Shown here: piece by piece, positions 13,446-25,982 of the stretch
Layout of the letters: every line of letters starts with the position of its first letter
Numbering within the stretch: position 1 is the stretch's first letter
NCBI RefSeq assembly: GCF_006345805.1
Contig: NC_043006.1
Span: 85,994,001-86,058,000, forward strand
Direction of reading: 5' to 3'
Length of the DNA stretch: 64,000 bases
From: Octopus sinensis
Lineage: Eukaryota
Translations under genes and position numbers: made by a program
Notes under the pieces: generated by a model
What the model saw: the letters and a program-made list of their open reading frames with translations, nothing else
Told to the model about the DNA's origin: nothing
The model's database searches: none

Positions 13446-14052
13446 ACATGTGTGTGTGTATGCATGCATGTGTGTTTGTCCCAGAGGAATGTAAAACACA
13501 GTCTATATTGACTGGATTTGAACACAGAATGTAGCAGGACTGAAGAAAATACTGAAAGATATTAAAAAAACTAAATTACCATGTATAATTACCAGTACTG
13601 GTGTCAGGTAAAAAGTACTCAGTCCACTCTGTAAGGTGGTTGGTGTTAGGAAGGGTATCCAGCCATAACAAAACACGTCAACACAGTGAAGCCTGGCGCA
13701 GGCTTTTGCCTAGCCAGCCCCTGTCAAACGATCTAACCCATGCCAGCATGGAAAACGGACGTTAAATGATGATGATGATGATGGTGAATTACCAAGGGTC
13801 GTGTATAAGAATAGTAAATTTGTTGGAAACATGTTTAATGTAATTATTATTGAAAACAACTGGCATTACAAATAATTAGCATCGAAATATAGATAGTATC
13901 TAAATACGTAATTAAAATACTTATGAAGTGAGAAAAAGACATTGCTTCAATAACTAATATTATTACAAGGGCAACGTGGAAAATGTTTATAAGCCATTTA
14001 AGAACACGCAAAAATCTGTTGGATTCACTTCAACATTTAAATTTAATTTGTC

Positions 14053-15235
14053 AAAATATTTGGTTAATGTTTACATCTTGACCCGGAAATCCCCCTCCCC
14101 CCCAAAATACTGGAATGGGTGTAAGTCAATGTGTAGGAAACGAATATGGAAAAAAAATGCGTGCAAAGCAACGGGAGGGTGGGGTGAGGGCTTTGGAAAA
14201 TTCGCAAGATCCGAGCTTTTCCCTCACAACTTTTAGGAAAATGGCTTTTTTTTTTCAATGAAATTCTATAGAAATATCTTTCAAACGACATACATTACAA
14301 TTATAAAGAAATTTGTGGGGAAAATCTTTTCCAAGGGGGTGGGGAGAGAACTTCGGAATATTCACAAAATCCGAGTTTTTCCCTCGTAGATTTTAGGAAA
14401 ATGTTTTTTTTTCAATGAAATTTTATAGAAATACCTTTCAAACGGCATACATTACGACTATAAAGTAATTTGTAGGGAAAATCTTGAGGTGGGGAGAGGA
14501 CTTTCGGAAAATTCCCAAGATCTGAATTTTTCCTCGTTATATTCCGAAATCACATTCAATTTTTTAAAGATACAGATAGCGTAGTACTACTACACTACGT
14601 AGTGTTTATTTCTACCCACTTTCAATAATTTTAAGTGTTTTGGCTTCAATTGTGTTTCATTTTCAATTATTTTTACGCTTTTTTAACCCTTCGTCGTTAT
14701 TCTCATTCACTCGTTATTACTTTCTCTCTCTCTATATATATATATATACACATATATATACACACACACACGCATATACACACACATATACACACACACA
14801 CACACATATATATATATACATATATATACACACACACACATATATATATACATACACACACACACATATATATATACACATGTATATATACACATGTATA
14901 TATACACACATAGTTATGAAGGAAAACTTGGATCTTGTAAATTTTCCAAAGTTCTCTCCCCACTCTTTGGAAAAGATTTCCCCCACAAATTACTTTATAA
15001 TCGTAATGAATGCCAGTTGAAATTTCATTGAAAAAAACCCTCCATTTTTCTGAAAGTTATGAGGGAAAAACTCGGATCTTGTGAATTTTCCGAAGTCCTC
15101 TCCCCACCCTCCCGTTGCTTTCCGCGCTTTTTTTTTTTCATATTCGTTTCCTACTCATTGTTTTACACCCATTCCAGTATTTTTTTTTTCGATTTTCATT
15201 TTCGGGTCAAGATGTAAACATTAACCAAATATTTT
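14053..15235. mobile_element. Foldback-like structure with long inverted arms containing about 160-bp tandem subrepeats
   Basis: AAAATATTTGGTTAATGTTTACATCTTGACCCG at 14053 is inverted at 15203-15235; subrepeat units at about 14180-14545 are mirrored at about 14913-15120. Confidence 0.75.
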
Positions 15236-15377
15236 CGTCGCTTCGAAACCGCGACCTGTTCACAGACAAAACTTGTTGCATCACATTTAATCATTATGTC
15301 AAGTACGGGAGACAACATCGGACACTTTTCGTTCTTATTAGACCTCTTCAACAAAACATACGTTTCACAGTACTTAC

Positions 15378-15866
15378 CGATATCTTAATGAAAGAACGAC
15401 TGAGTAGATAGATATACAATTAGTATCCAGACAGGAACATAAAAGATGGCGTATTAAAAAAAAATCCAACCACGAAAGGTGATAAAAGATATTTGGTAAA
15501 GGTTTCCTCTGTTTATATAAATCTGGCAAGTCCACTGTAAATTTTTATTAAGTTTCAATGTACAGCCTTCCATAGGTTCCGTCTCTGTCCAATCAGAACA
15601 ATCGTCTTGTTCGCTGCATATGGCGCTTGCTTCAAACATCGACCATCGACCTATTGCAATATAACCGACTAAAAGTATTCGTATTTCTACATTTTTCTTT
15701 CTAAAATTCATTCAGCTCTACTAAGATGGCATAATTATAAGTTCCTGGGATTGTTGATACCTTCATAACTTATTTTGTCTCTCTGAAATATCCGGGCTAC
15801 TTTATCGATGATGTGAAAAACATTAAACAACATAAAAAAAATACTCAGGTAACAAAACAAAGCCAG
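15378..15866. promoter_or_regulatory. Candidate bidirectional promoter with two divergent non-coding first exons
   Basis: Repeat-free and visibly CpG-enriched; CCAAT 15589-15593; YY1-type AAGATGGCG 15443-15451 and AAGATGGC 15723-15730; minus-strand donor TCG|GTAAGT (intron from 15377); plus-strand donor CAG|GTATGT (intron from 15867). Confidence 0.5.
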
Positions 15867-15949
15867 GTATGTGTTCACCCTAACTCTATATTAACAATCC
15901 AAGTAACAAAACTAAATCAGGTTTGTGAACCTAACCATACATTCACAAT

Positions 15950-16018
<69 letters not shown>

Positions 16019-16050
16019 TTTATTTAAAGCAGCAGAAAATTCAACAAAAC

Positions 16051-16088
16051 CTGTTACTCTGAGTTTCCCGTTGCCGTTCATCGGACAG
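16051..16088 (-). ncRNA. Minimal type I hammerhead-ribozyme-like motif (variant core CCGAUGA)
   Basis: Minus strand: CUGU-CCGAUGA-ACG GCAA CGG-GAAA-CUCAGAG-UA-ACAG. Confidence 0.55.
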
Positions 16089-16111
16089 TTTTTGCTAGTT
16101 TCTAGCAAAAA

Positions 16112-16149
16112 CTGTCCGACGAACGGCAACGGGAAACTCAGAGTAACAG
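16112..16149 (+). ncRNA. Minimal type I hammerhead-ribozyme-like motif (variant core CCGACGA)
   Basis: CUGU-CCGACGA-ACG GCAA CGG-GAAA-CUCAGAG-UA-ACAG: stem I CUGU/ACAG, GNRA-capped stem II, self-complementary stem III ACUC-A-GAGU, GUA triplet. Confidence 0.55.
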
Positions 16150-17319
16150 ATTTTGTTGAATTTTCTGCTGCTTTAAATAAAGCATATTACTCTACCACTG
16201 GTATTTGAGTACTCTTTTTTCCACCTTGTTTCACATTTATGTGTTTACTCCGGTATATATATATATCCAGGTAGTGCCCCAGCGTGACCGCAGTCTAATG
16301 AGTGAAACAAGTAAAAGGTAAACGATATATATACATACACACGCACATTTATATGTGCATACATATACATACACGCCTATATATATAGGTTCAAAATCGT
16401 ACATAAAGAACACAAAAAGCAAAACAGACAGGTGAGGCAACAACAATCAAGGTGTATTAGTTTGACTAATATATATATATATATATATAATTGTGTGCTC
16501 CGAGGCAAGTTGTGACTTGATAATAACTTCTATGGTCTTTATTATATATCTGTTCTACACAAACCGTATAATTTGTATATATGGCCAAATTGTTAATCCC
16601 AAAATCAAACATTTCCGTTGAGTTATAAGTATATCGTCTTTATTTTTGTATTGCACCTTCATTTCAAATCATAGATTTATTTACAAAAGATTATTTTTTT
16701 GTAAATTAATTTGTAATTAAAACGGAAATCAAGAAATAATCAAAAATACGGATGGAAACACCCTTAAACTGCAAGCCAAGGGAAACTGGTGTTCCCCTCG
16801 AAAAGTTTTGTAGACTCACAACATTTGTATTTACTTATATTTGAGTACAATTGAGATTGATGTGAGAGACTTTGCCATAAACCGTTAATCATTTGATCTA
16901 AGTAATCATGTTATTGGAAAGGCATTAACACAATTCCTTACTTTATAAATATTAGATTTCTGCAAGAAATTATTTATGCTCCAGGTCTTTGTTTATTTTT
17001 ATATTATTCTGTTATTATCGGTTGCGAGATGTCCAGTTTTCAAACAATAAACACTTCTACAACAGTAACTACCTGCCTGTAGGTGCTAGAAATAACTGCC
17101 AATCAATCTGCCGATCAGTTTAACTCTTCCACCTGGTCTTTCAATGGCTTTCTCGGACAGTTTGCTATAAATTCATCGTATGTAATTTTATCAATTGGTA
17201 AGTACATCGCACACTAATCACATTACCCGGTATTTCTTTACATTACAAGGTACAAGGTAATCTCAGTGAAAACCAATATATCGCCAACAAATCCAGTGTT
17301 ACTCTCTTATCATCATCTT

Positions 17320-18260
17320 TATCATTTAGCGTCCACTTTCCACGCTGGTATGGGTTAATCAAGGGGTTCTCAACCATTAAAAAAAAAAAATTAATCTATG
17401 GACCCCTTTGGTTATCATATTATTCTGGTGGACATCCATAACCATTTGGTGTTTAAAAAGTTTTATAGATATTTCTTTCAAAATTTCTGTTTTGTTTTTC
17501 ACACATTCGCTGGTGTAGGTTGAATTATGTAGACTGTTAGAGAAATAATCCTAGCTGTTTCTTGCGATACATACCAATACATCCATCTGAAGCAAAATTT
17601 TTTTAGGTGCCATTAAAATACTATTGTGGATCTCCAATTTACTATTTTGTTGCATAGACCCCCTCCCAAAATCTTATATGGACCCTCAGGGGCCATCTGG
17701 TCTCTGGTTGAGAACCACTGGGTTAGACGGTTTGACTGGAGCTGGTAAGCCAGAGAGCTGTACCAGGTTCCAGTCTGATTTTGTCTTTGTTTCTACAGAT
17801 GGATGCCCTTCCTACACTCCATGAGTATAGTTGGTGCCTTTTATGTGTCACCATCCGCAACTACGATTTCACTTGGCTTGATGAATCTTCTGAAACATAA
17901 CAAATTGCCATAGGTCTTGATCACTTGTCATCACCTCCATAAGACCCAACATTAGAAGATCATGTTTCACCACCTCATCCCATGTCTTCCTGGATCTACC
18001 TCACCCACAGGTTCCCTCCACAGTTAGAGATCAGCACTTATTTACGCAGCTGTCCATATCCATTACATGATCATTCATCTCTCTTGCACACCAAATATGA
18101 TGCCTCTTATGCCCAATTTTTCTCTCAAGATGCTTACACTCTGTTGTACATGCACACTGACATTATACATCCAGTGAAGCATACCAACTTCGTCTTTTTC
18201 ATCTTTCGCATGTCCTCTGCAGCCACAGCCCATGTGTCACTCACTGCTGGGTAGCATGAC
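17320..18260 (-). mobile_element. RTE-PHD LINE 3' fragment and tail, interrupted by hAT MITE
   Basis: Minus strand ETWAVAAEDMRK...CFTGC and RTE tail sequence split at 17360-17720. Confidence 0.8.
17360..17720. mobile_element. hAT (Charlie-like) MITE
   Basis: TIRs C(A)AGGGGTTCTCAACC...GGTTGAGAACCACTG; degenerate GGTTAATC/GGTTAGAC flanks consistent with an 8-bp TSD; splits an RTE tail. Confidence 0.7.
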
Positions 18261-19059
18261 TGTTCGCACACAGGAATCATACAGTCAAGAGGGAGACAAA
18301 ATACATTGTTCAACATTGTTTAAATTTTGCATCTGCATAATAAATGCTTCCCTTCTCATCAACAATAGAAAAGAAATTCAAAGATAGGAAAATGTTATTC
18401 TACTATTTGGAATTTTTTTAAAGAAATTTTGAAACACTGGAGTTATCATGAAATGATTTATTTATTGAACAATAAATCTGATGTAGAAATCCACATCACA
18501 AAATCAAATAAGATAGATGCAGGCATGGCTATGTGGCTAAGATGTTGCTTCCCAATCACATGCTTTCAAGTTCAATCCCTCTGTATAGCACTTTGGGCAA
18601 CCGTCTACTATAGCCTCAGGCGCTATAAATAAGTCATGTGAGTGGATTTGGCAGATGAAAACTGAAAGAAGTCTGTTGTACATGTATGTGTATATGTGTG
18701 TGTATGATTATGTCTCCCAGTAATTGTAAAGAAGTGTCACTGTTATACAAGTGGTATCCTATTTTCTATATTTCATGAAAACACGTTTGGTCATGGTGAA
18801 GTATAACCTGCTTGGAATCAAGTGGGGGATTAGCTACTTGAAGAGCATCCAGCTATAAAAAATGCATCCCAATAAGCACAGAAAAGTAGACATTAAAAAA
18901 ATGCAGTTCCTGATGAAGATGATGGTAATACAGTATAAAATTCAGTGCTTCATCAAGAATGATGCAAACTCATGAAACACCTGGTTGATTAAAGGACTGG
19001 TTCTGGTGATAGGCATTTCTTGGAAAGACTCATGCACCTCAGCGAAACTGAGTCTTGGT

Positions 19060-19540
19060 AGTGTTATATTTATATATATAGTGTTATATATATCACACTT
19101 AAAGTTTGCATCACCAGTCTGGAACTCCTATCTTGCTCAGCATATCAATCTCCTGGAAACTAATTAGTAAAGTGCAACCAAACGAATACCTTCCATCAAG
19201 CATCTACCTTACTCTGAACATCTTACTTCCCTAGGCATGGACACAATAAAGCTCCGATGTCTGTCAACTTATTTGATAGACACCCACAAGATTATCCACT
19301 ATCTTTCCAACAACAATCTTGGGCACCTGTTTGAATTCCATATGTCTAACACTCGTGGACATGCTTACAAAATCCAAAAAACAGTACAGCACCCATGATT
19401 TTCGAAAACATTTTTTCTCACTCAGAATTGCTGAAGTATGGAATAAACTAACCACATCAGTTGTTAATTACTGTGACACTACATCCCTCAAAACTTCCAT
19501 GTTTCCTCAAATTTGCTACCAGCACACCTTATACCACCTC
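19060..19540 (+). mobile_element. CR1-group LINE 3' fragment, degenerate
   Basis: LYISHLKFASPVWNSYLAQHINLLE ... HFFSLRIAEVWNKL, typical CR1/L2 ORF2 C-terminus. Confidence 0.8.
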
Positions 19541-19788
19541 TCCCTTTTTTTTTCTTGAACAATTCATTCACTCTTATCTTTTTTTCAGTCATTAGAGTCC
19601 GATCATGCTGGGGCACTGCCTTGAAGAATATTAGTCAAACAAATTGTCTCTAGTTCTTATTTCTTTGTAAAGCCTGGTACTTATTCTATTGGTTTCTTTT
19701 GCTGAACTACTAAGTTATGGGGAGGTAAACACCAAAACCAGTTGTCATGCAATGGTGGAGGACAAGCACATACACTAGCATATATATA

Positions 19789-22523
19789 TGCTTCTGACAA
19801 CTGGACGCTTCTGACAACTGGACGCTTCTAAGGGACAACCTGCTGAAAGCCACTGACCAGATCTGTGGCTGGTGAAAAGTCCCCTCAAGACCCAAAATAA
19901 CGTGGTGGTGGAACAATATTGTTGACAGGGCTATTAGACAAAAGAAACAGGCTTGGAAGGACTGGAAGAACGGTGGTAGCAGGGAAGTGTATCAGATTGC
20001 CAGAAGGGAAGCTAGGAGGCAGGTGTATTTAGCCAGAGGGGAAGCAGATGAGAAAAAATTTGCCAATGTTCTGCGCCGTGAGGATGAAAGACTTGAGATA
20101 TTTCGTGTTGCAAGACAGTGTGTGAGAGAGAATCGTGACGTGGTAGGAGAGAAATGTGTTCGCAAGGATGACGGTTCACTTGTGCTAAATGAGGATGCAA
20201 AGAGAGAGGTTTGGAGATGCCACTATGAAAGGTTGCTGAATGAGGAAAATGAAAGGGATAAAGAGAGTCTGCCGAATGTTGACCCAACAGAGGGACCAGC
20301 AATCCGAGTTGACAGTTCCTTAGTAGTTAAGGCAACTAGAAGCATGAAAACAGGGAAAGCCCCAGGCCCATCAGGAATTACTGCAGAGATGCTCAAAATA
20401 TCTGGTAGTGTAGGCTATAGCCTAGTCACCCGTATAGTTAACCAGGTGATACACGAAGGAGTCATTCCCAATGACTGGTGTAGCAGCATAATAGTCAACT
20501 GCTACAAAGGTAAAGGTGACGTCCTAGATACAAATAACTACAGGGGTATCAAGCTGCTGGATCAGGTAATGAAGGTTATGGAGAGGGTTATAGCCCAACT
20601 AATTAGAGAGAGAGTTAGCTTAGATGAGATGCAGTTTGGGTTCGTGCCAGGGAAAAGTACTACTGATGCTATATTCCTGGTAAGACAGCTGCAGGAGAAA
20701 TACCTAGCCAAAGATAAGCCCCTGTACCTGGCTTTTGTTGACATGGAGAAAGCCTTTGACAAGGTCCCCCAATCCCTTATCTGGTGGTCAATGAGGAAAC
20801 TAGGGATAGATGAATGGTTAGTGAGAGCTGTGTGAGCCATGTACAGAGACGCTGCTAGTAAGGTGAGGGTTGGCACCGAGTACAGTGAAGAATTCCGGGT
20901 GGAGGTTGGGGTCCACTAAGGCTCAGTCCTCAGTCCCTTCCTATTTATCATAGTCCTCCAGGCAATAACGGAGGAATTCAAGACAGGTTGCTCCTGGGAG
21001 CTCCTCTATGATGATGACCTTGCTCTAATTGCTGAGTCACTATCAGAACTGGAGGAGAAGTTTCAGGTGTGGAAGCAAGGATTAGAATCGAAGGGCCTTA
21101 GAATCAACCTAGCCAAAACCCAAGTCCTAATAAGTAGGAAGGTAGACCAATCACAAACGCCTTCAGGTAGATGGCCCTGCTTGATCTGTAAAAAAGGTGT
21201 AGGTAGAAACTCTATAAGGTGCACCAAGTGTAAGCTATGGACACATAAGAGGTGCAGCAATGTCAAAGGAAGGCTAACTAGGAAAATAGTTTTTGTCTGT
21301 GGCAGATGCTCAGGAGCAATAAACACTGAAAATGTGCAGAGACCAACTTCTACCACGTTCCAGGGAGAAAAACTAGAAGTAGTTGATAGCTTCTGCTACC
21401 TAGGTGACCAAGTCAGTGGGTGTGCTGAAAGTGTAACTGCTAGAGTAAGAATAGCCTGGGCAAAATTCAGAGAGCTCTTACCCCTGCCGGTGACAAAAGG
21501 CCTCTCACTCAGAGTAAAAGGCAGACAGTATGATGCATGTGTACGAACAGCCATGCTACATGGTAGTGAAACATGGGCTGTGACTGCTGAGGATATGCGT
21601 AAGCTCGCAAGAAATGAAGCCAGTATGCTCCGATGGATGTGTAATGTCAGTGTTCATAATCGACAGAGTGTAAGTACCTTGAGAGAAAAGTTGGACCTAA
21701 GAAGCATCAGTTGTGGTATGCAAGAGAGACGTTTGCGCTGGTATGGTCATGTGACGAGAATGGCTGAAGATAGTTGTGTGCAAAAGTGCCACACCCTAGC
21801 GGTTGAGGGAACCTGTGGAAGAGGTAGACCCAGGAAAACCTGGGATGAGGTGGTGAAGCACGACCTTCGAACTTTAGGTCTCACCAAGGAAATGACTAGA
21901 GACCGAGACCTATGGAAGTATGCTGTGCGTGAGAAGACCCTGCAAGACTAGTGAGACCATAACCCGTGGCCTCTATCTGGTATGTAGCCAGTCGACTTAT
22001 ACATACCTTTCCTTCTTGGGACACAAAACTCCACTTGTGAAGACCCGTTGAGGCAAGTGAAAATCAGAATCAAACCAAATCAAATTAGATATCAGAAGGC
22101 AGCACCAAAATCGAAGTTGATCAACATCAATGGAAATTGCAGCTGTGATACCAGTGCCGGTGACAAGTAAGCGAACCATCCGATCGTGGCCATTGCCAGC
22201 TCCGCCCCGACTGGCCTCCGTGCTGGTGGCACGTAAAAAGCACCATCCGTTCGTGGCCGTTGCCAACCTCGCCTGGCCCTGGTGCTGGTGGCACGTAAAA
22301 AGCACCATCCGTCCGTGGCCGCTTGCCAGCTCTGTCTGGCACCTGTGCGGGTGGCACGTAAAAAGCACCCACTACACTCACAGAGTGGTTGGCGTTAGGA
22401 AGGGCATCCAGCTGTAGAAACACTGCCAGATCAGACTGGGCCTGATGCAGCCTTCTGGCTTCACAGACCCCAGTTGAACCGTCCAACCCATGCTAGCATG
22501 GAAAGCGGACGCTAAATGATGAT
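19789..22523 (+). mobile_element. 5'-truncated RTE-clade LINE with PHD finger inside ORF2, inactivated
   Basis: One frame with several in-frame stops: NYRGIKLL, QFGFVPGKSTTDA, FVDMEKAFD, YDDD (YADD mutated), C4HC3 finger 21178-21309, ETW, RGRPRKTW; repeat-containing 3' UTR and (GAT)n tail. Confidence 0.95.
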
Positions 22524-23077
22524 ATATATATATATATATATATATGTACCGCTAAATCCTTTGCATCATGTTTTTATTTTGATAAATATACTCTATCACC
22601 TACACCAGTAAATGTCATACACAGGTGCTTACAATTATCAAGTATTCACCCTGAATTTTTTTATATATGTATATATATGCTGGTGTATTGAGAGAGAAGT
22701 TAGGCACAACAGGAATTAGATGCTGTGTGCAAGAGAGAAGACTGTGCTGGTTTAGTCATGTGATGTGCCAATCTCTCAAAGTAGATAGAACATGTGGAAG
22801 TGGGAGATTCAGGAAAACATGGGACAAAGTACTGAAGGACAACATCAGGATGCCGAACCTTTCAGGTGAGATGACAAAAGACCGAGATGCCCGGCATCTT
22901 GCTGTACTCAAGAAGACCTGTACTTTGCAGCAAAAGTGTTAAGGCCAGTCCTCCTGATGAAGAAGATTGGCCTGCAAAAGTCCTGTGCTGATGCCACATA
23001 AAAAGCACTTGTGCTGGTGCCATGTAACAACACTACTGTGGTATTACGAAGCAACATGCACACTCTGTAAAGTGGTT

Positions 23078-23177
23078 NNNNNNNNNNNNNNNNNNNNNNN
23101 NNNNNNNNNNNNNNNNNNNNNNNNNNNNNNNNNNNNNNNNNNNNNNNNNNNNNNNNNNNNNNNNNNNNNNNNNNNNN
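23078..23177. other. Assembly gap (100 N)
   Basis: Run of N. Confidence 1.
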
Positions 23178-23528
23178 GTGGTGCCTAGGACTCCAAATTT
23201 GCCATCAAGATGTGGACAAGATACTGTGATAGCCTGGGCTTCGAGGCCCACAGCTCTTCAATATCCTCCCGAAGAACCTAAGAGGCCTGCATGGGGTGGA
23301 TGCAGATGTCTTTAAAATGAAACTGGATCTCTTCCTGTCAGGTATCCCAGATGAACCAACTTCACGGCAGGAGGTGCAGATGAGGGCAGCTGCATCAAAC
23401 TCTCTCATGCACCAAATGGCAGTTGCTAAAAAGCTTTCGTGAAGTAAAACCATGTAGCAACACCAAATGGCGGTGCCCCAGCATGGCCACAGCTCATAAG
23501 CTGAAACTAGAATCAATCAATCAATCAA
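23178..23528 (+). mobile_element. 3' end of CR1-group LINE with (ATCA)n tail
   Basis: Encodes GPQLFNILPKNLRGL...FKMKLDLFLSGIPDEP; ends GGCGGTGCCCCAGCATGGCCACAGCTCATAAGCTGAAAC then (ATCA)n. Confidence 0.85.
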
Positions 23529-23997
23529 TCATATATATATATATACATATACACATGATGATCAATGACACCATTCAGCCAGTTTTGAAACATTGAATTC
23601 TAGCTTTCTGTTTTTTCATGGTATTACTGCTTGCATCTGGCTTTTAGCTGTGACAGCACTTTATAAATATTTCTTTCTTCATTCATTTTTCTTGATAGCA
23701 TTGCTTTAGCTGTTATCTTTTCTTAATCTAAGATGGAATGGTGGTGGGGGTGAAGAGGAAGACAACATGAATTATTTTTACCGTATCTAGTTGCAAACTT
23801 GGTTGTATAGTTAAGCTGCTTGCTTCCCAACCTTGTGGTTTCGGGCTCAGTTCCACTGCATGGCATCTTGGGCAAGTCTTCTACTATAGCTGCAGGCTGA
23901 TCAAAGTTTTGGGAATGGTGCTGGTAGATGGAAACTGAAAGAAGTCTGTTGTATGTGTGTGTGTGTGTGTGTGTATGTATATATATATATATATAGC

Positions 23998-24228
23998 GGA
24001 GTAAATACATAAATGTGAAACAAAGTGGAAAAAAGAGTACTCAAATACCAGTGGTAGAGTAATATGCTTTATTTAAAAGCAGCAGAATTCAACAAAACCT
24101 GTTACTCTGAGTTTCATATTCCCGTTTGTCGGACAGTTTTTGCTAGAAAAAACTGTCCGACGAACGGGAACAGGAAACTCAGATTAACAGGTTTTGTTGA
24201 ATTTTCTGCTGCTTTAAAATAAAGTATA
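23998..24228. mobile_element. Penelope-like terminal remnant, family 1, second more decayed copy
   Basis: Reverse-oriented homologue of 16013-16252; hammerhead-like motifs at 24153-24190 (+, CCGACGA, stem III damaged) and 24099-24136 (-, CCGACAA). Confidence 0.7.
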
Positions 24229-25679
24229 TATATATATATATATATACATGACAGGCTTCTTTCTGTTTCTGTATATTAAAGCTATTTACAAATCTTTGGT
24301 TGGCCCAAGGCTATAGTAGAAGACACTTGCCCAAGGTGCCCTACAGTGAAACTGAACCTGGAACCATGTGGTTTTGAAGCAAACTTCTAATCATACAACC
24401 ACTAAGTTCTGCTAACATGATGGTTGTGTATAAACTTCATTAAAAAACCACTACGAATCTCTCTGCTAATGGATTTTCTATTGAGTCGTTTGCAGAAAAT
24501 ATTTTGTTACGCACATTCATGGTTGTTTAATCAACTCCATTTCTAGAACAATTACAATGTAACTTTATAGTTGGTACATTTTGACTTGTGAATGCATATT
24601 TCTCTGTGTACAATGGTTCCAAATTTTTCTCTTGATAAAATTAGTTCAGATATTACAATTAATATACATATATATATGTATATGTATATATAGCAAAAAG
24701 AAAAGTTTTAAATCTAATATTTCCTTGTGTGTAGAGACAAAACAAAGTGTCTTTTTAAAGCATTGAATTACTGTTAGGAATAACTAAGCTATTGTTAACA
24801 ACTAGTCTAAGGTGGTGTGTACGAGGAATTTCTCATAAGTCACTCTGACAAAAAAATAAGTTGGTGTATGCATCTGCGTGTATATCTCTGTATATGTTTA
24901 TATGTGAGTATGTACGTCTGTGTATATGTGCATATCTGTGTGTATATGTATGTGTGCATATCTCTGTGTGTTTGTGTGCATATCTCTGTATGCATGTGTG
25001 TATGGGTGTATATCTGTATATGTTTATCTATGTGTGTATGTCTGAATGAGTATGTATATCAGTGTCTGTGTTTGTATGTATGTATGTATGTATGTATGTA
25101 TATATATATATATACACACATACATATATGTGTGTGTGTGTGTGTGTATTTGCATGTGTGTTTATGAAAGTATGTCTGTTTGTCTATGGATGGATGTATA
25201 TCTCTGTGGGCATATCTGCTTGTTTATGTATGTGTGTATATCAGTATGTTTATGTATGGGTGTATATCTCTGTATGCATATCTGTTTGTTTCTGTATGTG
25301 TATATATTTGTATGTTTATGCGTATGAATTAAATAGTTGGAATTTTTTGTCGTATTTAAAATTTGTTATGTGGAGTTTTAAGTCTGTGCAACTATCAATA
25401 GACTACTGAATTTGAAAAACAAGTAAAAAAAAAACATAGTATAACAACACTGTAACTAATTAGTTTGGTATATTGTAGTTTTTAAATTATATCCCTGTGC
25501 AACTCGGGCAGAACAAATACTGTACAAGGTATTTTCATTGAAGCATATTTAAATGTTTTTTTTTTCTGATGTCTACATCTTTACATCTTTTAGCAATATA
25601 CATCAGTAACAGATAGATATATGCACACACACACATACACACACATGCGTGTATATATATCTAAAATAAATAACTGGTA

Positions 25680-25982
25680 CTCCATTGGTTACAATGAATG
25701 TTCCAGTTGATCTGATTAATGGAACAACTGCTCATGAAATTAATGTGCAAGGGGCAGAGCACTCAACAGACACATGTGCCCTTCATGTAATTCTCAGGGA
25801 GGTTCAGCAAGACACAGAACATGACAAGGATGATCCTTTGAATTACAGGCACAACCCATTTTTGCCAGACTGGAGCAGACTGGAGCAGTGCAAGATAAAT
25901 AGTCTTGCTCAAGGACTCAAAGTGCTGCAGGCAATCACTCATGATTGTTTGCTGAGTACCCTAACCACTAAACCACATGCCT
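25680..25982 (-). mobile_element. tRNA-derived SINE family E, degenerate
   Basis: Minus strand GGCATGTGGTTTAGTGGTTAGGG head, CCTTGAGCAAG body, tail related to 63950-64000. Confidence 0.6.

Larger units (their letters stand above)
16013..16252. mobile_element. Penelope-like terminal remnant, family 1: 175-bp palindrome plus about 65-bp tail
   Basis: 16013-16187 is a near-perfect palindrome (2 mismatches, TTT loop 16099-16101) between (TA)n tracts; second copy in reverse orientation at 23998; PLE identity inferred from the hammerhead motifs. Confidence 0.7.

Noticed and set aside
17083-17197. Splice-bounded 38-codon open segment (donor GTAAGT at 17198)
   Set aside because: Its start matches a dispersed repeat (GCTAGAAATAGCAGCCAAATC-type), it has no homology, and a coding role is incompatible with the stops upstream of the CCDC61 ATG; a UTR exon cannot be excluded.
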